Assembly (NCBI GenBank): GCA_022842985.1
Contig: JALHON010000001.1
Span: 1 to 56,717, forward strand
DNA length: 56,717 nucleotides
Source: Acidobacteriota bacterium
GTDB lineage: Bacteria > Acidobacteriota > Vicinamibacteria > Vicinamibacterales > UBA2999
Reading direction: 5' to 3'
Part shown: piece by piece, positions 1 through 8,401 of the stretch
Position numbering within the stretch: position 1 is the stretch's first letter
Layout of the letters: each line of letters starts with the position of its first letter
The notes under the pieces: generated by a model
Told to the model about the DNA's origin: nothing
Database searches by the model: none
What the model saw: the letters and a program-made list of their open reading frames with translations, nothing else
Program-made: the position numbers and the translations under genes

Positions 1-485
1 GTCTGCCGGCGTCGGTGCTGCGGCTCGGACCACGCGCGACCGAACGCGCCCTGCGCCAGGAGGGCGCCGGGCGCCGCGTCGTCCACCTCGCGACGCACGG
101 CTTCTTCCGCGCCGAGCACCCGATGTACTCGTCGATCCGGCTGGCGAACACCCGGCTCGACGTGCAGGCGTGTTATGGCCTGCGCCTGGCCGCCGACCTG
201 GTCACGCTCAGCGGCTGCTCGACCGGCGTCAGTTATGTGTCGGGCGGCGACGAACTGGTGGGCCTGAGCCGTGGCCTGCTGCATGCCGGCGCCGCCTGCG
301 TGCAGCTCAGCTTGTGGGACGTCGATGACGACAGCACCACGGTCTACATGTCGGCGTTCTACGAACACTACGCCCGCGGCGTCCCGCCGGCGGACGCTTC
401 CCGGCTGGCGGCGGCCGAGACGCGGCGGCGGTATCCGCACCCGTACAACTGGGCGCCCTTCGTCATCGTCGGACACGGGCACTGA
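1..485 (+). CDS. CHAT domain (caspase-like) protein, C-terminal fragment; 5' end lies outside the window
   Basis: ORF 15..485 is open to the window edge. It carries a caspase-like His/Cys dyad context (HLATHGFF and VTLSGCSTG), then the GDELVGLSRGLL...LWDVDD core and NWAPFVIVG tail typical of CHAT domains. Confidence 0.7.
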   Translation, partial: LPASVLRLGPRATERALRQEGAGRRVVHLATHGFFRAEHPMYSSIRLANTRLDVQACYGLRLAADLVTLSGCSTGVSYVSGGDELVGLSRGLLHAGAACVQLSLWDVDDDSTTVYMSAFYEHYARGVPPADASRLAAAETRRRYPHPYNWAPFVIVGHGH

Positions 486-575
486 ATCTTTTTCCGGGGG
501 GTGTACCGGCGAGGCCCCACGTGGTCCTTGTCCATACCGAAAGATGCGGGATACCCCCCCGCAGGAGGCGCGCAC

Positions 576-1232
576 GTGGCAACGCACTACTCGTTGGAGG
601 AATGGACCGATTTCGTCCGGTCGCTCGTCGACCCGGCCACACGGGCCGCCATGATGCGCCACGCCGAGGTCTGCGCGGGCTGTGCCGACGACCGGCGCGC
701 CCTGGAGCGGCTGTCGCGGACGATGCGGGCCGATGCCGACACGGCGATCAGCGCCGGCACGATGCGCCGCGTCTACGCGCTGGCCACCCGCCTGCCCGCG
801 CCCGCCCCGTCACGGCTGCGGCGGATCGTCGCCGTGCTCGGGTTCGACAGCGGGACCCAGCCGGCGGCCGTGGGCGTCAGAAGTGCGGGCCGCGGCGTGC
901 GCCAGATGGTGTTCGAGGCCGAACGCTACCAGGTGCATCTGCAATGGGAGCTGGCGGCTCCGGGCGGTCCGGTCTCGCTGGTGGGTCGAATCAGTGCCGT
1001 GGCGGATGTGGTCCTTCCCCCGGGCCTCGTCGTCAAGGCGATGACGCCCAGTGTGCAGGCGGGTGAAGCCACGACGAACCAGTTCGGGGAGTTCGTCCTC
1101 GAATGCGCCTGGGACCCGGCGCTGACGCTGCACGTGCCCGTCGCCACCGACGGCGTGCGAATCGAAGTGCCTCTGGCGACCGTGACCGGAGGCTCCGGTC
1201 CCCGTGTGCCGCGGGGCCGGACGAGCTACTGA
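576..1232 (+). CDS. soluble zinc-binding anti-sigma-factor-like protein (HxxxCxxC ZAS motif)
   Basis: In the frame of ORF 501..1232. AGGAGG at 563-568 lies 7 nt before GTG 576. The motif H-AEV-C-AG-C matches the ZAS signature. No TM segment is visible, and the C-terminal half looks beta-rich. Confidence 0.55.
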   Translation: MATHYSLEEWTDFVRSLVDPATRAAMMRHAEVCAGCADDRRALERLSRTMRADADTAISAGTMRRVYALATRLPAPAPSRLRRIVAVLGFDSGTQPAAVGVRSAGRGVRQMVFEAERYQVHLQWELAAPGGPVSLVGRISAVADVVLPPGLVVKAMTPSVQAGEATTNQFGEFVLECAWDPALTLHVPVATDGVRIEVPLATVTGGSGPRVPRGRTSY

Positions 1233-1266
1233 GACCGGGCGAGTCCGGTCAGGGATGGAGGCAGGG

Positions 1267-2622
1267 ATGCGGGGGCGAATCGTGACAGGTGTGCTGGTGC
1301 TGGTGCTGGCACTGTGTTCGGCCACAGCGGCGCAGGCCGGCGACGAATTCATCCTGACGGCGCCGGAGTCCGAGGCCTTCACGCTGGCCGAACGTCAGGG
1401 ACTCACCATCCTGCAGCGGATCCCCGGGCGTGACGTGTTCCTCGTCCGCGGTCCCGAAGGAGTGCCGCCCGACGTCGTCATGGCGCGGCTGCTGGCGGAT
1501 CCGGAGATCGACGACGAACACGACAAGATCTTCATCGAGCCGAATACCGTCGTGCGCCTGCCGGAGGCAGGGCTGGCGGCGCCGCTCTACACCTCGACCA
1601 CCGACGCCCAGCGGGCGCTGGCGAACCAGCGGCCCGTCGCCTATCACGGGAGCCGCGTGTGGGCGAGCTACGTGCGCCAGCGTGCCACCGGGTCGATTCG
1701 TCTCTTCGACGCGCACCGCGCCTACGGCACGGGGGCCGGCATCGTGGCCGTCATCGATTCCGGTGTGGACGCCGCGCATCCCGCGCTTGTTGGCGGCCTG
1801 CTCGAGGGGTACGACTTCACACGCGACGCGCCCGGCGCGTCCGAGACCGCGGACGTCGACCCCTCGAATCCGATTCTGAACCCGACACAGGTCGTCATCC
1901 TCGACAACACGTCGGTTGTGCCGCTCAACTTCTCGACGCAGGCCTTGCTCGACGCGGCGCAGGCCGCGGCCCTGCCGCCCGGCAGCACGCCGGCCACCTT
2001 CGGCCACGGCACGATGGTGGCGAGTCTCGTGCGCCTCGTGGCGCCCGGCGCGATGATCCTGCCGCTCAAGGCGTTCGACGCCAGCGGCACCGGCCGGCTC
2101 TTCAACGTCGTGCGCGCCATGTATCAGGCGCAGGCGAGCGGCGCCCGCATCGTCAATCTGAGCCTGAGCAGCATGGCACCGTCGGTGGCGCTGGCCGACG
2201 CCGTGCACTTCCTCGACGAGGAGAAGGTGTTCGTCGTGGCGGCGGCCGGTAACGAAGGCGATGCGTCACCCCGCTACCCGGCGGCCCTGCCGCCGGTCAT
2301 CGCCGTCGCGTCGGTCACGGCGGCCGACCGCCGCAGTGTCTTCACCAACACCGGCGCCGCGGTGGCGCTCGCCGCGCCGGGAGAAGCGATCGTGGCGGCG
2401 TTTCCCGGCGGGCAGTACGCCCTCGGCTGGGGCACGTCGTTTGCGACGCCGCTCGTGTCGGGCACACTCGCGCTCATGCAGCAGGTCAAGTCGGGGATCA
2501 ACCTGGACGAGGTGCGGCGCGCGCTCGCCGTGGCGGTGCCGCTGTCAGACCCGGGCCTCGGTGCCGGGCGTCTGCACGTGTGGTTCGCCGTGAGCGAGGC
2601 GGCCGGCGTGCCGGTGCCGTGA
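1267..2622 (+). CDS. secreted subtilisin-like serine protease (peptidase S8)
   Basis: In the frame of ORF 1204..2622. GGAGG lies 5 nt before ATG 1267. Signal peptide VLVLVLALCSATAAQA. Catalytic triad contexts are VAVIDSGVD, HGTMVASL and GTSFATPLVSG. Confidence 0.85.
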   Translation: MRGRIVTGVLVLVLALCSATAAQAGDEFILTAPESEAFTLAERQGLTILQRIPGRDVFLVRGPEGVPPDVVMARLLADPEIDDEHDKIFIEPNTVVRLPEAGLAAPLYTSTTDAQRALANQRPVAYHGSRVWASYVRQRATGSIRLFDAHRAYGTGAGIVAVIDSGVDAAHPALVGGLLEGYDFTRDAPGASETADVDPSNPILNPTQVVILDNTSVVPLNFSTQALLDAAQAAALPPGSTPATFGHGTMVASLVRLVAPGAMILPLKAFDASGTGRLFNVVRAMYQAQASGARIVNLSLSSMAPSVALADAVHFLDEEKVFVVAAAGNEGDASPRYPAALPPVIAVASVTAADRRSVFTNTGAAVALAAPGEAIVAAFPGGQYALGWGTSFATPLVSGTLALMQQVKSGINLDEVRRALAVAVPLSDPGLGAGRLHVWFAVSEAAGVPVP

Positions 2623-2642
2623 CGGCCGCGGTTCCCGACCGG

Positions 2643-3254
2643 ATGGCGATCCAGCCCCCGACGCTGCCGCGGCCCACCGTGCCGCCCGACGGTCCCTCGA
2701 CGTCCTGGGACGACGTCGCGCTCGTCGAGGCCTGCCTGGCCGGATCGGAGGCTGCCTGGGTGGCGCTCGTCGACAAGTACGCGCGTCTCATCATCTCGGT
2801 GCCGCTGCGCTTCCGGTTCGCGCGCAGCGACGCGGAAGACATCTTCCAGGCAGTTTGCGTCGATCTGCTCGAACAGCTCCCGGCGGTGCGTGAGCCGGCG
2901 GCGCTGCGCGGCTGGCTGGTGCAGGTGGCCACACACAAGTGCCTGCACGCCAGGCGGCGCTCCGGCCGCGAGGAACTCACCGACCCGGTCGAACTCGCCG
3001 CCGATGCCACGAGTGCCGACGACACTCCCGAGCAGATCATGGCCGACGTGCAGCAGCAGCAACTGGTGCGCGATGCCCTGTCGCGCGTGTCGGAGCGCTG
3101 TCAGACGCTGCTGCGGCTGCTCTTCGTCGAGACGCCGCTCAGGCCCTACGACGAGGTGGCGCGGCTGCTCGGCGTGGCCCGTGGCTCGGTGAGCTTCCTG
3201 CGGGGCCGCTGCCTGCAGCGCCTGCGGAAGGCCATGACCGCGGTCGGCGCCTGA
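2643..3254 (+). CDS. ECF-type RNA polymerase sigma-70 family factor
   Basis: In the frame of ORF 2580..3254. Region 2-like segment DAEDIFQAVCVDLLE...WLVQVATHKCLHARRR. Region 4 HTH YDEVARLLGVARGSVSFLRGRCLQRLR. Start ATG 2643 is chosen only by length, so it is uncertain. Confidence 0.8.
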   Translation: MAIQPPTLPRPTVPPDGPSTSWDDVALVEACLAGSEAAWVALVDKYARLIISVPLRFRFARSDAEDIFQAVCVDLLEQLPAVREPAALRGWLVQVATHKCLHARRRSGREELTDPVELAADATSADDTPEQIMADVQQQQLVRDALSRVSERCQTLLRLLFVETPLRPYDEVARLLGVARGSVSFLRGRCLQRLRKAMTAVGA

Positions 3255-3266
3255 TCCGGCTGCCGT

Positions 3267-4016
3267 CTACGACGGCGGTTCGATCCGCGAGACCTCGTCG
3301 GCGACGAACGCCTGCCACTCCGCTTCGCTGCGCACCTCGAAGAGCGCGCGCATACGGTAGTGGCCCAGACCGCAGAGCTGCGAGCAGCCTACCTCCCACG
3401 AGCCGGTCGTGATGGGCGTGAACCACGTGCTCACGGGCAGGCCGGGCGTCACGTCCTGCTTCACGCGCATCGTGGCCAGCGTGAAGCTGTGGATGACGTC
3501 CTTGCTCGAGAGATGCACCACGGTGGGCCGGTCGACCGGCACGACGAGGATGCCGATGAGCACGAAGTCGTCGGCCGCCGCCGGGTCGCTGCGATCGATG
3601 CCGATGGGATCCGCGGCGGTGATGAGCGACGGCGTCGTGCGGCCGAAGCGCAGGTCGGGCCCGGGGTAGTGGAAGTTCCAGGCGAACTGCTCGGCCACGA
3701 CGCGCACTTCGGCGGCACCGGCCGGCGCCGGCCGCGCGCGCTCGAACCAGGCGGGCAGGGCCGAACCGGCGAGCAGCCAGACATCGCCGAGCACCACCGC
3801 GGCCACCGCCACGAGCGGCCAGCGCTGCCCGGCGGGCTTTCCGGGGGGCGCACCCGGCCGCGCGCGGAACTTCACGAGCATGATCGCGAAGAGCACGAGC
3901 CAGCTCAGGAAGATGAGCGCGCCTTCGGTGTGCGTGGCGGCGAGCACGCTGTCGAAGCGCGCCGCATGCGCCGAGGCGGGGGTGGGCAGCCAGCGGTTGA
4001 GCCACTCGCCGATCAC
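3267..4016 (-). CDS. coxB: cytochrome c oxidase subunit II (CuA subunit, no fused cytochrome c domain)
   Basis: ORF 3267..4016. Two N-terminal TM helices. CuA ligand pattern HSF...CSQLCGLGHYRM. The GTG start overlaps the upstream stop (GTGA). Confidence 0.85.
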   Translation of the reverse strand: MIGEWLNRWLPTPASAHAARFDSVLAATHTEGALIFLSWLVLFAIMLVKFRARPGAPPGKPAGQRWPLVAVAAVVLGDVWLLAGSALPAWFERARPAPAGAAEVRVVAEQFAWNFHYPGPDLRFGRTTPSLITAADPIGIDRSDPAAADDFVLIGILVVPVDRPTVVHLSSKDVIHSFTLATMRVKQDVTPGLPVSTWFTPITTGSWEVGCSQLCGLGHYRMRALFEVRSEAEWQAFVADEVSRIEPPS

Positions 4017-4219
4017 GGCGCCATCTCCGGGCGCGCGGCCGCCTCGGCCTCACGCGCGAGCGTCGCATCCTCCCGCACGATGGCCAGCGCGCCGCGCACG
4101 AGCGCGCCGACGACGATCATCGCCACGACGGCCATGAGCGCCACGCCGGCGTGCAGGCCGCTCGTCAGCAGCGAGTCGAACGGCCGCGCGCACACGACAC
4201 AGGCGATGACAGGGCTCAT
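4013..4219 (-). CDS. small hydrophobic oxidase-operon protein (possible subunit IV analogue)
   Basis: The last 68 codons of ORF 4013..4336, starting MSPVIACVV. It has ATGA overlap with the subunit III-like stop and GTGA overlap with the coxB start. One or two TM helices. No family recognised. Confidence 0.5.
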   Translation of the reverse strand: MSPVIACVVCARPFDSLLTSGLHAGVALMAVVAMIVVGALVRGALAIVREDATLAREAEAAARPEMAP

Positions 4220-4785
4220 ACGAAATACATCCCGACGACGATGCTGAACCAGACGACGAGCATCAGCCCCCAATAGCGCTGCAGTTGCCGCAGCGCGTGG
4301 ACCGGCGTCTCGGACCGGCGGTCGCGCCATGCCCACCAGGTGGCGACGAGGCCACCCCCCAACACGCCGAGCGCCAGTGCGCCGGTCAACACGAACCAGC
4401 TCGCCGCGGCCACGCTGGCGGCCGGCCCGCTGCCGGCCTTCAGCATCGCGTCAGCGGCGCCTGTCCACGCGAGTGCGACGCCCGACGCGGCCATCGTCGG
4501 CAGCCAGACGCCGATCGATCGCGGAGCGCCGGATGCGGCAGCCAGCCGCCACTGCCGTGTGTTGACGAAGGCAAGGACGAGCCAGAGGGTGTTCGACACC
4601 ACGAAGGGCTGAATCTTCCAGAGAATCGGCCGTGCCAGCCACGGCGTCGTCCACGTCTCACTGCCGGCTCTCAGCAGCACGTAGCCGGAGTAGAGCGAGG
4701 CGTAGAACATCACCAGCGAGGCCAGGAACAGCCACGTGCCGGCGTCGGCCGCGCGCGTGCGACGGGCGTCCACGCCAGGCGTCAC
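4216..4785 (-). CDS. heme-copper oxidase subunit III-like membrane protein (short form)
   Basis: The C-terminal 189 codons of shadow-extended ORF 4216..8058. W/L/F-rich with about 5 TM helices (WLFLASLVMFYASLYSGYVLLR...). GTG 4785 overlaps the coxA TGA (GTGA). Confidence 0.65.
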   Translation of the reverse strand: MTPGVDARRTRAADAGTWLFLASLVMFYASLYSGYVLLRAGSETWTTPWLARPILWKIQPFVVSNTLWLVLAFVNTRQWRLAAASGAPRSIGVWLPTMAASGVALAWTGAADAMLKAGSGPAASVAAASWFVLTGALALGVLGGGLVATWWAWRDRRSETPVHALRQLQRYWGLMLVVWFSIVVGMYFV

Positions 4786-6428
4786 GCCTGCCCCTCCTCG
4801 TAGCGATACGGCGCGCCGGTCACGACGGGCGGCACGGCGAAGTTCCCGGCCGGCGGCGGCGACGAGGTGGCCCACTCGAGCGTGGTCGCCTGCCACGGGT
4901 TCTCGGCCGGCACGCCCCGCTTCGCGCTCCACACCATGTTGACGACGAACACGAGCTGGAAGACGCCGAGGGCCACGGCGCTCCACGTCATGTGCGGATT
5001 CCACACGAGCGTCGGCTCGGCGAGCTGGTACTGCAGGCCGGCGTCGTACATCCGCCGGTTCACGCCCATGATGCCCATGAGGAACATCGGCAGGAAGACC
5101 GCGTTCATGGTCACGAACGAGCCGAGGAAGTGCACGAGGCCGAGCCGCTCGTCGAGCCGCCGTCCCGTGACCTTCGGGAACCAGTGATACACCGCCGCGA
5201 AGAGCGCGAACATCGTGCCCGGCGCCACCAGGTAGTGGAAGTGCCCGATGACGTAGTAGGTGTCGTGCAGGATGAGGTTGCTCGGGCCGAGCCCGAGCGG
5301 CAGGCCGGTCACGCCGCCCAGTCCGAACATCGGCAGGAAGGCGAGCGCGAAGCACATGGCCGTGGTGTAGCGGATGGCGCCGCCCCAGAGCGTGACGACG
5401 AGCGACGTGATGAGGATGACCGACGGCACGGACACGGCCATCGTCGTGATCTGGAAGAAGCTGCTGAGCGTGGTGCTCATGCCGGTGAGCAGCATGTGGT
5501 GCGCCCACACCACCATCGACCAGGCACCCAGGGCCACGACGGCGCCCACCATCAGCCCGTAGCGCCAGAGCGTACGCCGCGCGTGCGCGGTGATGACCTC
5601 GGCCACGACGCCCATCGCCGGCAGGATGAGCACGTAGACCTCGGGGTGCGCGAGGAACCAGAAGAGGTGCTGCCAGAGCAGCGGATTGCCGCCGCCGGAG
5701 ACCGCGAGCGGCGTGTTGCTCACGGCCAGGCCCGACGGCAGGAAGAAGCTCGTGCCGGCCACGCGGTCCATGAGCTGGAAGACGGCCGCGGCCTGCAGGG
5801 CCGGAAAGGCCAGCAGCAGGAGCAGCGCCGTCATCGCCTGCGACCAGACGAAGAACGGCAGCCGCATCAGCGTCAGGCCCGGCGCCCGGTAGGCGACGAT
5901 CGTGGCCAGCAGGCTGATGGCGCCGAGCATCGACGACACGCCCAGCATCAGGATGCCCACGAGCCACACCGTCTGGCCCGACGAGGCGAGGATGGCGAGC
6001 GGCGGGTACGACGTCCAGCCCGAGTTGGCAGCGCCCCCCGGTAGCACGAAGCTCGCGGCCATGAGCAGCCCGGCGGCCAGATACAGCAGGTAGCCGGCGG
6101 CGCCGAGGCGCGGAAACGCCAGCCCGGGCGCGCCGATCTGGAGCGGCACGAAGTACGACCCGAGCGCGCCGACGGCCATCGGCACGACGGCCAGGAAGAT
6201 CATGACCGAGCCGTGCATGGCCACGAGCTGGTAGTAGAACTCGGGCAGCAGGATGCCGCCGGGGGCGTTCGTCTCGCCGAAGATCGCCGTGGCGATGGGA
6301 ATCGGCTGCCCCGGCCAGGCGAGCTGCCAGCGGAAGAGCAGCATCAGCAGGAACCCGACCACCATGAACACGCCCGACGTGTTCGCGTAGGCGATGCCCA
6401 GCGTCTTGTGATCGGTCAGTCGCGTCAC
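4782..6428 (-). CDS. coxA: cytochrome c oxidase subunit I
   Basis: ORF 4782..6428, 548 aa and polytopic. Hallmark segments are VWAHHMLLTGM and VIGHFHYLVAPG (heme/CuB histidines). Confidence 0.92.
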   Translation of the reverse strand: MTRLTDHKTLGIAYANTSGVFMVVGFLLMLLFRWQLAWPGQPIPIATAIFGETNAPGGILLPEFYYQLVAMHGSVMIFLAVVPMAVGALGSYFVPLQIGAPGLAFPRLGAAGYLLYLAAGLLMAASFVLPGGAANSGWTSYPPLAILASSGQTVWLVGILMLGVSSMLGAISLLATIVAYRAPGLTLMRLPFFVWSQAMTALLLLLAFPALQAAAVFQLMDRVAGTSFFLPSGLAVSNTPLAVSGGGNPLLWQHLFWFLAHPEVYVLILPAMGVVAEVITAHARRTLWRYGLMVGAVVALGAWSMVVWAHHMLLTGMSTTLSSFFQITTMAVSVPSVILITSLVVTLWGGAIRYTTAMCFALAFLPMFGLGGVTGLPLGLGPSNLILHDTYYVIGHFHYLVAPGTMFALFAAVYHWFPKVTGRRLDERLGLVHFLGSFVTMNAVFLPMFLMGIMGVNRRMYDAGLQYQLAEPTLVWNPHMTWSAVALGVFQLVFVVNMVWSAKRGVPAENPWQATTLEWATSSPPPAGNFAVPPVVTGAPYRYEEGQA

Positions 6429-6457
6429 GGCGATCTCGGGTGGCGGGTCTTGGGAAC

Positions 6458-6492
6458 GTCCCGGGCCCCGAGCCCCGGGTCCCGAGCCCCGC
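6458..6492. repeat. five tandem C-rich heptamers G(T/C)CCCG(G/A/C)
   Basis: Read directly as GTCCCGG GCCCCGA GCCCCGG GTCCCGA GCCCCGC. It is intergenic, between the coxA start and the M61 peptidase start. Confidence 0.9.
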
Positions 6493-6495
6493 CAT

Positions 6496-6501
6496 TACAA
6501 T
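6496..6501 (+). promoter_or_regulatory. -10-like hexamer TACAAT, 6 nt upstream of ATG 6508 (candidate leaderless promoter)
   Basis: An AT-rich hexamer in otherwise GC-rich DNA. The spacing puts the expected start site at or next to the A of the ATG. No SD is visible. Confidence 0.35.
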
Positions 6502-6507
6502 ATCGCC

Positions 6508-8310
6508 ATGCGACGCGTTCTGTACGTCTCCCTCGCCCTGCTCCTCGCCGCCATCACGATGTCCGAGCCTTCCGCACAGTCCGCGCCCGACCCCATCCGC
6601 TACACGCTGCGCTTCCCGGCGCCGCAGACGCACTACATGGAGGTCGAGGCCGTGTATCCCACGGGCCGCCGTCCGCAGATCGAGCTGATGATGGCGGTGT
6701 GGACGCCGGGCTCGTATCTGGTGCGCGAGTACCAGCGGCACGTCGAAGGGCTCACCGCCACGGGCGAGGGCGGCCGCGCGCTCACGGCGGTGAAGCCGGC
6801 GAAGAACCGCTGGCGCATCGACACCGGCGGTGCCGCCACGGTGACCGTGCGCTACCGCGTCTATGGCCGCGAGATGACCGTGCGCAACAACTGGATCGAG
6901 AGCGGCTTCGCGATGCTGAACGGCGCGCCCACGTTCCTCACGCTGGCCGACAAGGTGGCCCGTCCGCACGAGGTCACGATCGATCCGCCGGCGGCGTGGA
7001 AGACCTCCGCCACGCCGCTCATGCCGGTGGCCGGCCGCGCCCACACCTATCGCGCCGACGACTTCGACACCATCGTCGACAGCCCGATCATCGTCGGCAA
7101 TCCCGTGGTGAAGACCTTCGAGGTCGACGGCAAGCGCCACCACCTCGTGCTCGAAGGCGACCCGTCGCTCTTCGACGCCGACCGCGCCGCCGCCGACGTG
7201 AAGAGGATCGTCGAAGCCGGCCGGGCGGCGATGGGGAAGTTCGATTATCCCCACTACTTCTTCCTGAACATGGTCACCGAGTCGGGCGGCGGCCTCGAGC
7301 ACAAGAACGCATTCCTCACGATGTCGAGCCGCTTCACCACGCGCACCCGCCGCGCGTACGTGAACTGGCTGAACCTCGTGGGCCACGAGTACTTCCACAA
7401 CTGGAACGTCAAGCGGTTGCGGCCGGTGGAACTCGGGCCGTTCGACTACGAAACCGAGAACTACACGAAGAGCCTGTGGGTGGCCGAAGGCTTCACCGAC
7501 TACTACGGCGCGCTGCTCGTGCGCCGCGCCGGCCTGCAGACCATGGCCGAATACTTCGACGAGCTCTCGAACGCCATCGAACAGGTGCAGATGCGGCCCG
7601 GACGGAATGTGCAGCCGGTGGACATGGCGTCGTTCGACACCTGGATCAAGCAGTACCGGCCCGACGAGAACAGCGGCAACACGAGCATCGACTACTACAC
7701 GAAGGGCGCCGCCATCGCCTTCATGCTCGATGCGAAGATCCGCAAGGCGACGAACGGCGCGAAGACGCTCGACACCGCAATGCGCCTGGCCTACGACCGC
7801 TACTCGGGCGCGAAGGGCTACACGCCCGAGCAGTTCCAGCAGACCATGGCCGAGGTCGCCGGCGTGGACCTCGCCGCCTGGTTCGCCGACGCGGTGAGCA
7901 GCACGAAGGAGCTCGACTTCACCGAGGCGCTCGGCTACTACGGCCTGCGCTTCACGCCGGTGGACCTGACGTCGGCGCGGCCCACGATGGGCGCCTCGAC
8001 GCGCAACGACAACGGCCGGCTCGTCGTGTCGGTCGTGCGGCGCGGCACGCCGGCGCACGAGGCTGGCGTGAACGTGGACGACGAGATCCTCGCCATCGAC
8101 GACCTGCGCGTGCGCGCCGATGGGCTGGTGGCGCGCATGGACCAGTACAAAGTGGGGGACAAGGTCCGCCTGCTCGTGGCGCGTCGCGACCGTCTCGTCA
8201 CGCTCGATGTCACGCTCGCCGCCGAACCCGGGCGGCCGTGGCGGTTGCAGCCCACGCCCGACCAGACCGCCGAACAGAAAGCGCGTCTCGAGGCGTGGCT
8301 CGGCCGCTGA
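6508..8310 (+). CDS. M61 family glycyl aminopeptidase with C-terminal PDZ domain
   Basis: ORF 6508..8310. Signal peptide. Zinc motif HEYFHNWNVKRLRP. PDZ-like segment RRGTPAHEAGVNVDDEILAIDDLRV. Confidence 0.85.
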   Translation: MRRVLYVSLALLLAAITMSEPSAQSAPDPIRYTLRFPAPQTHYMEVEAVYPTGRRPQIELMMAVWTPGSYLVREYQRHVEGLTATGEGGRALTAVKPAKNRWRIDTGGAATVTVRYRVYGREMTVRNNWIESGFAMLNGAPTFLTLADKVARPHEVTIDPPAAWKTSATPLMPVAGRAHTYRADDFDTIVDSPIIVGNPVVKTFEVDGKRHHLVLEGDPSLFDADRAAADVKRIVEAGRAAMGKFDYPHYFFLNMVTESGGGLEHKNAFLTMSSRFTTRTRRAYVNWLNLVGHEYFHNWNVKRLRPVELGPFDYETENYTKSLWVAEGFTDYYGALLVRRAGLQTMAEYFDELSNAIEQVQMRPGRNVQPVDMASFDTWIKQYRPDENSGNTSIDYYTKGAAIAFMLDAKIRKATNGAKTLDTAMRLAYDRYSGAKGYTPEQFQQTMAEVAGVDLAAWFADAVSSTKELDFTEALGYYGLRFTPVDLTSARPTMGASTRNDNGRLVVSVVRRGTPAHEAGVNVDDEILAIDDLRVRADGLVARMDQYKVGDKVRLLVARRDRLVTLDVTLAAEPGRPWRLQPTPDQTAEQKARLEAWLGR

Positions 8311-8368
8311 GCGGGACGTAGACGATTTGTGACAGTTGCCGCCTCAGGCCGGGGCGTAAGGTGTAGGC

Positions 8369-8388
8369 GGCAGCCGGCGCCGGCTGCC
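8369..8388 (+). terminator. GC-rich palindromic hairpin downstream of the M61 peptidase gene (no U-tract)
   Basis: GGCAGCCGG-CG-CCGGCTGCC is a perfect 20-nt palindrome. It lies 58 nt after the stop at 8310 and just before the GGAGG SD of the cytochrome c gene. Confidence 0.3.
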
Positions 8389-8401
8389 TGCTGGAGGCGA
8401 C

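Noticed and set aside
554-560. C7 homopolymer between the CHAT and anti-sigma genes
   Set aside because: It is intergenic and upstream of the SD, with no frame consequence. I noted it only as another slippage-prone tract.
6458-6492. CRISPR array or coding proline-rich repeat
   Set aside because: The units are 7 nt with no spacers, total length is 35 nt, and there are no cas genes. It lies between two well-defined divergent start codons, so it is not coding.
4216-8058. 1280-aa minus-strand ORF spanning the oxidase genes and the M61 peptidase gene
   Set aside because: Only its last 189 codons (the subunit III-like protein) look like protein. The rest is Arg/Ala/Gly-rich shadow sequence, overlapping coxA in another frame and lying antisense to the M61 gene.
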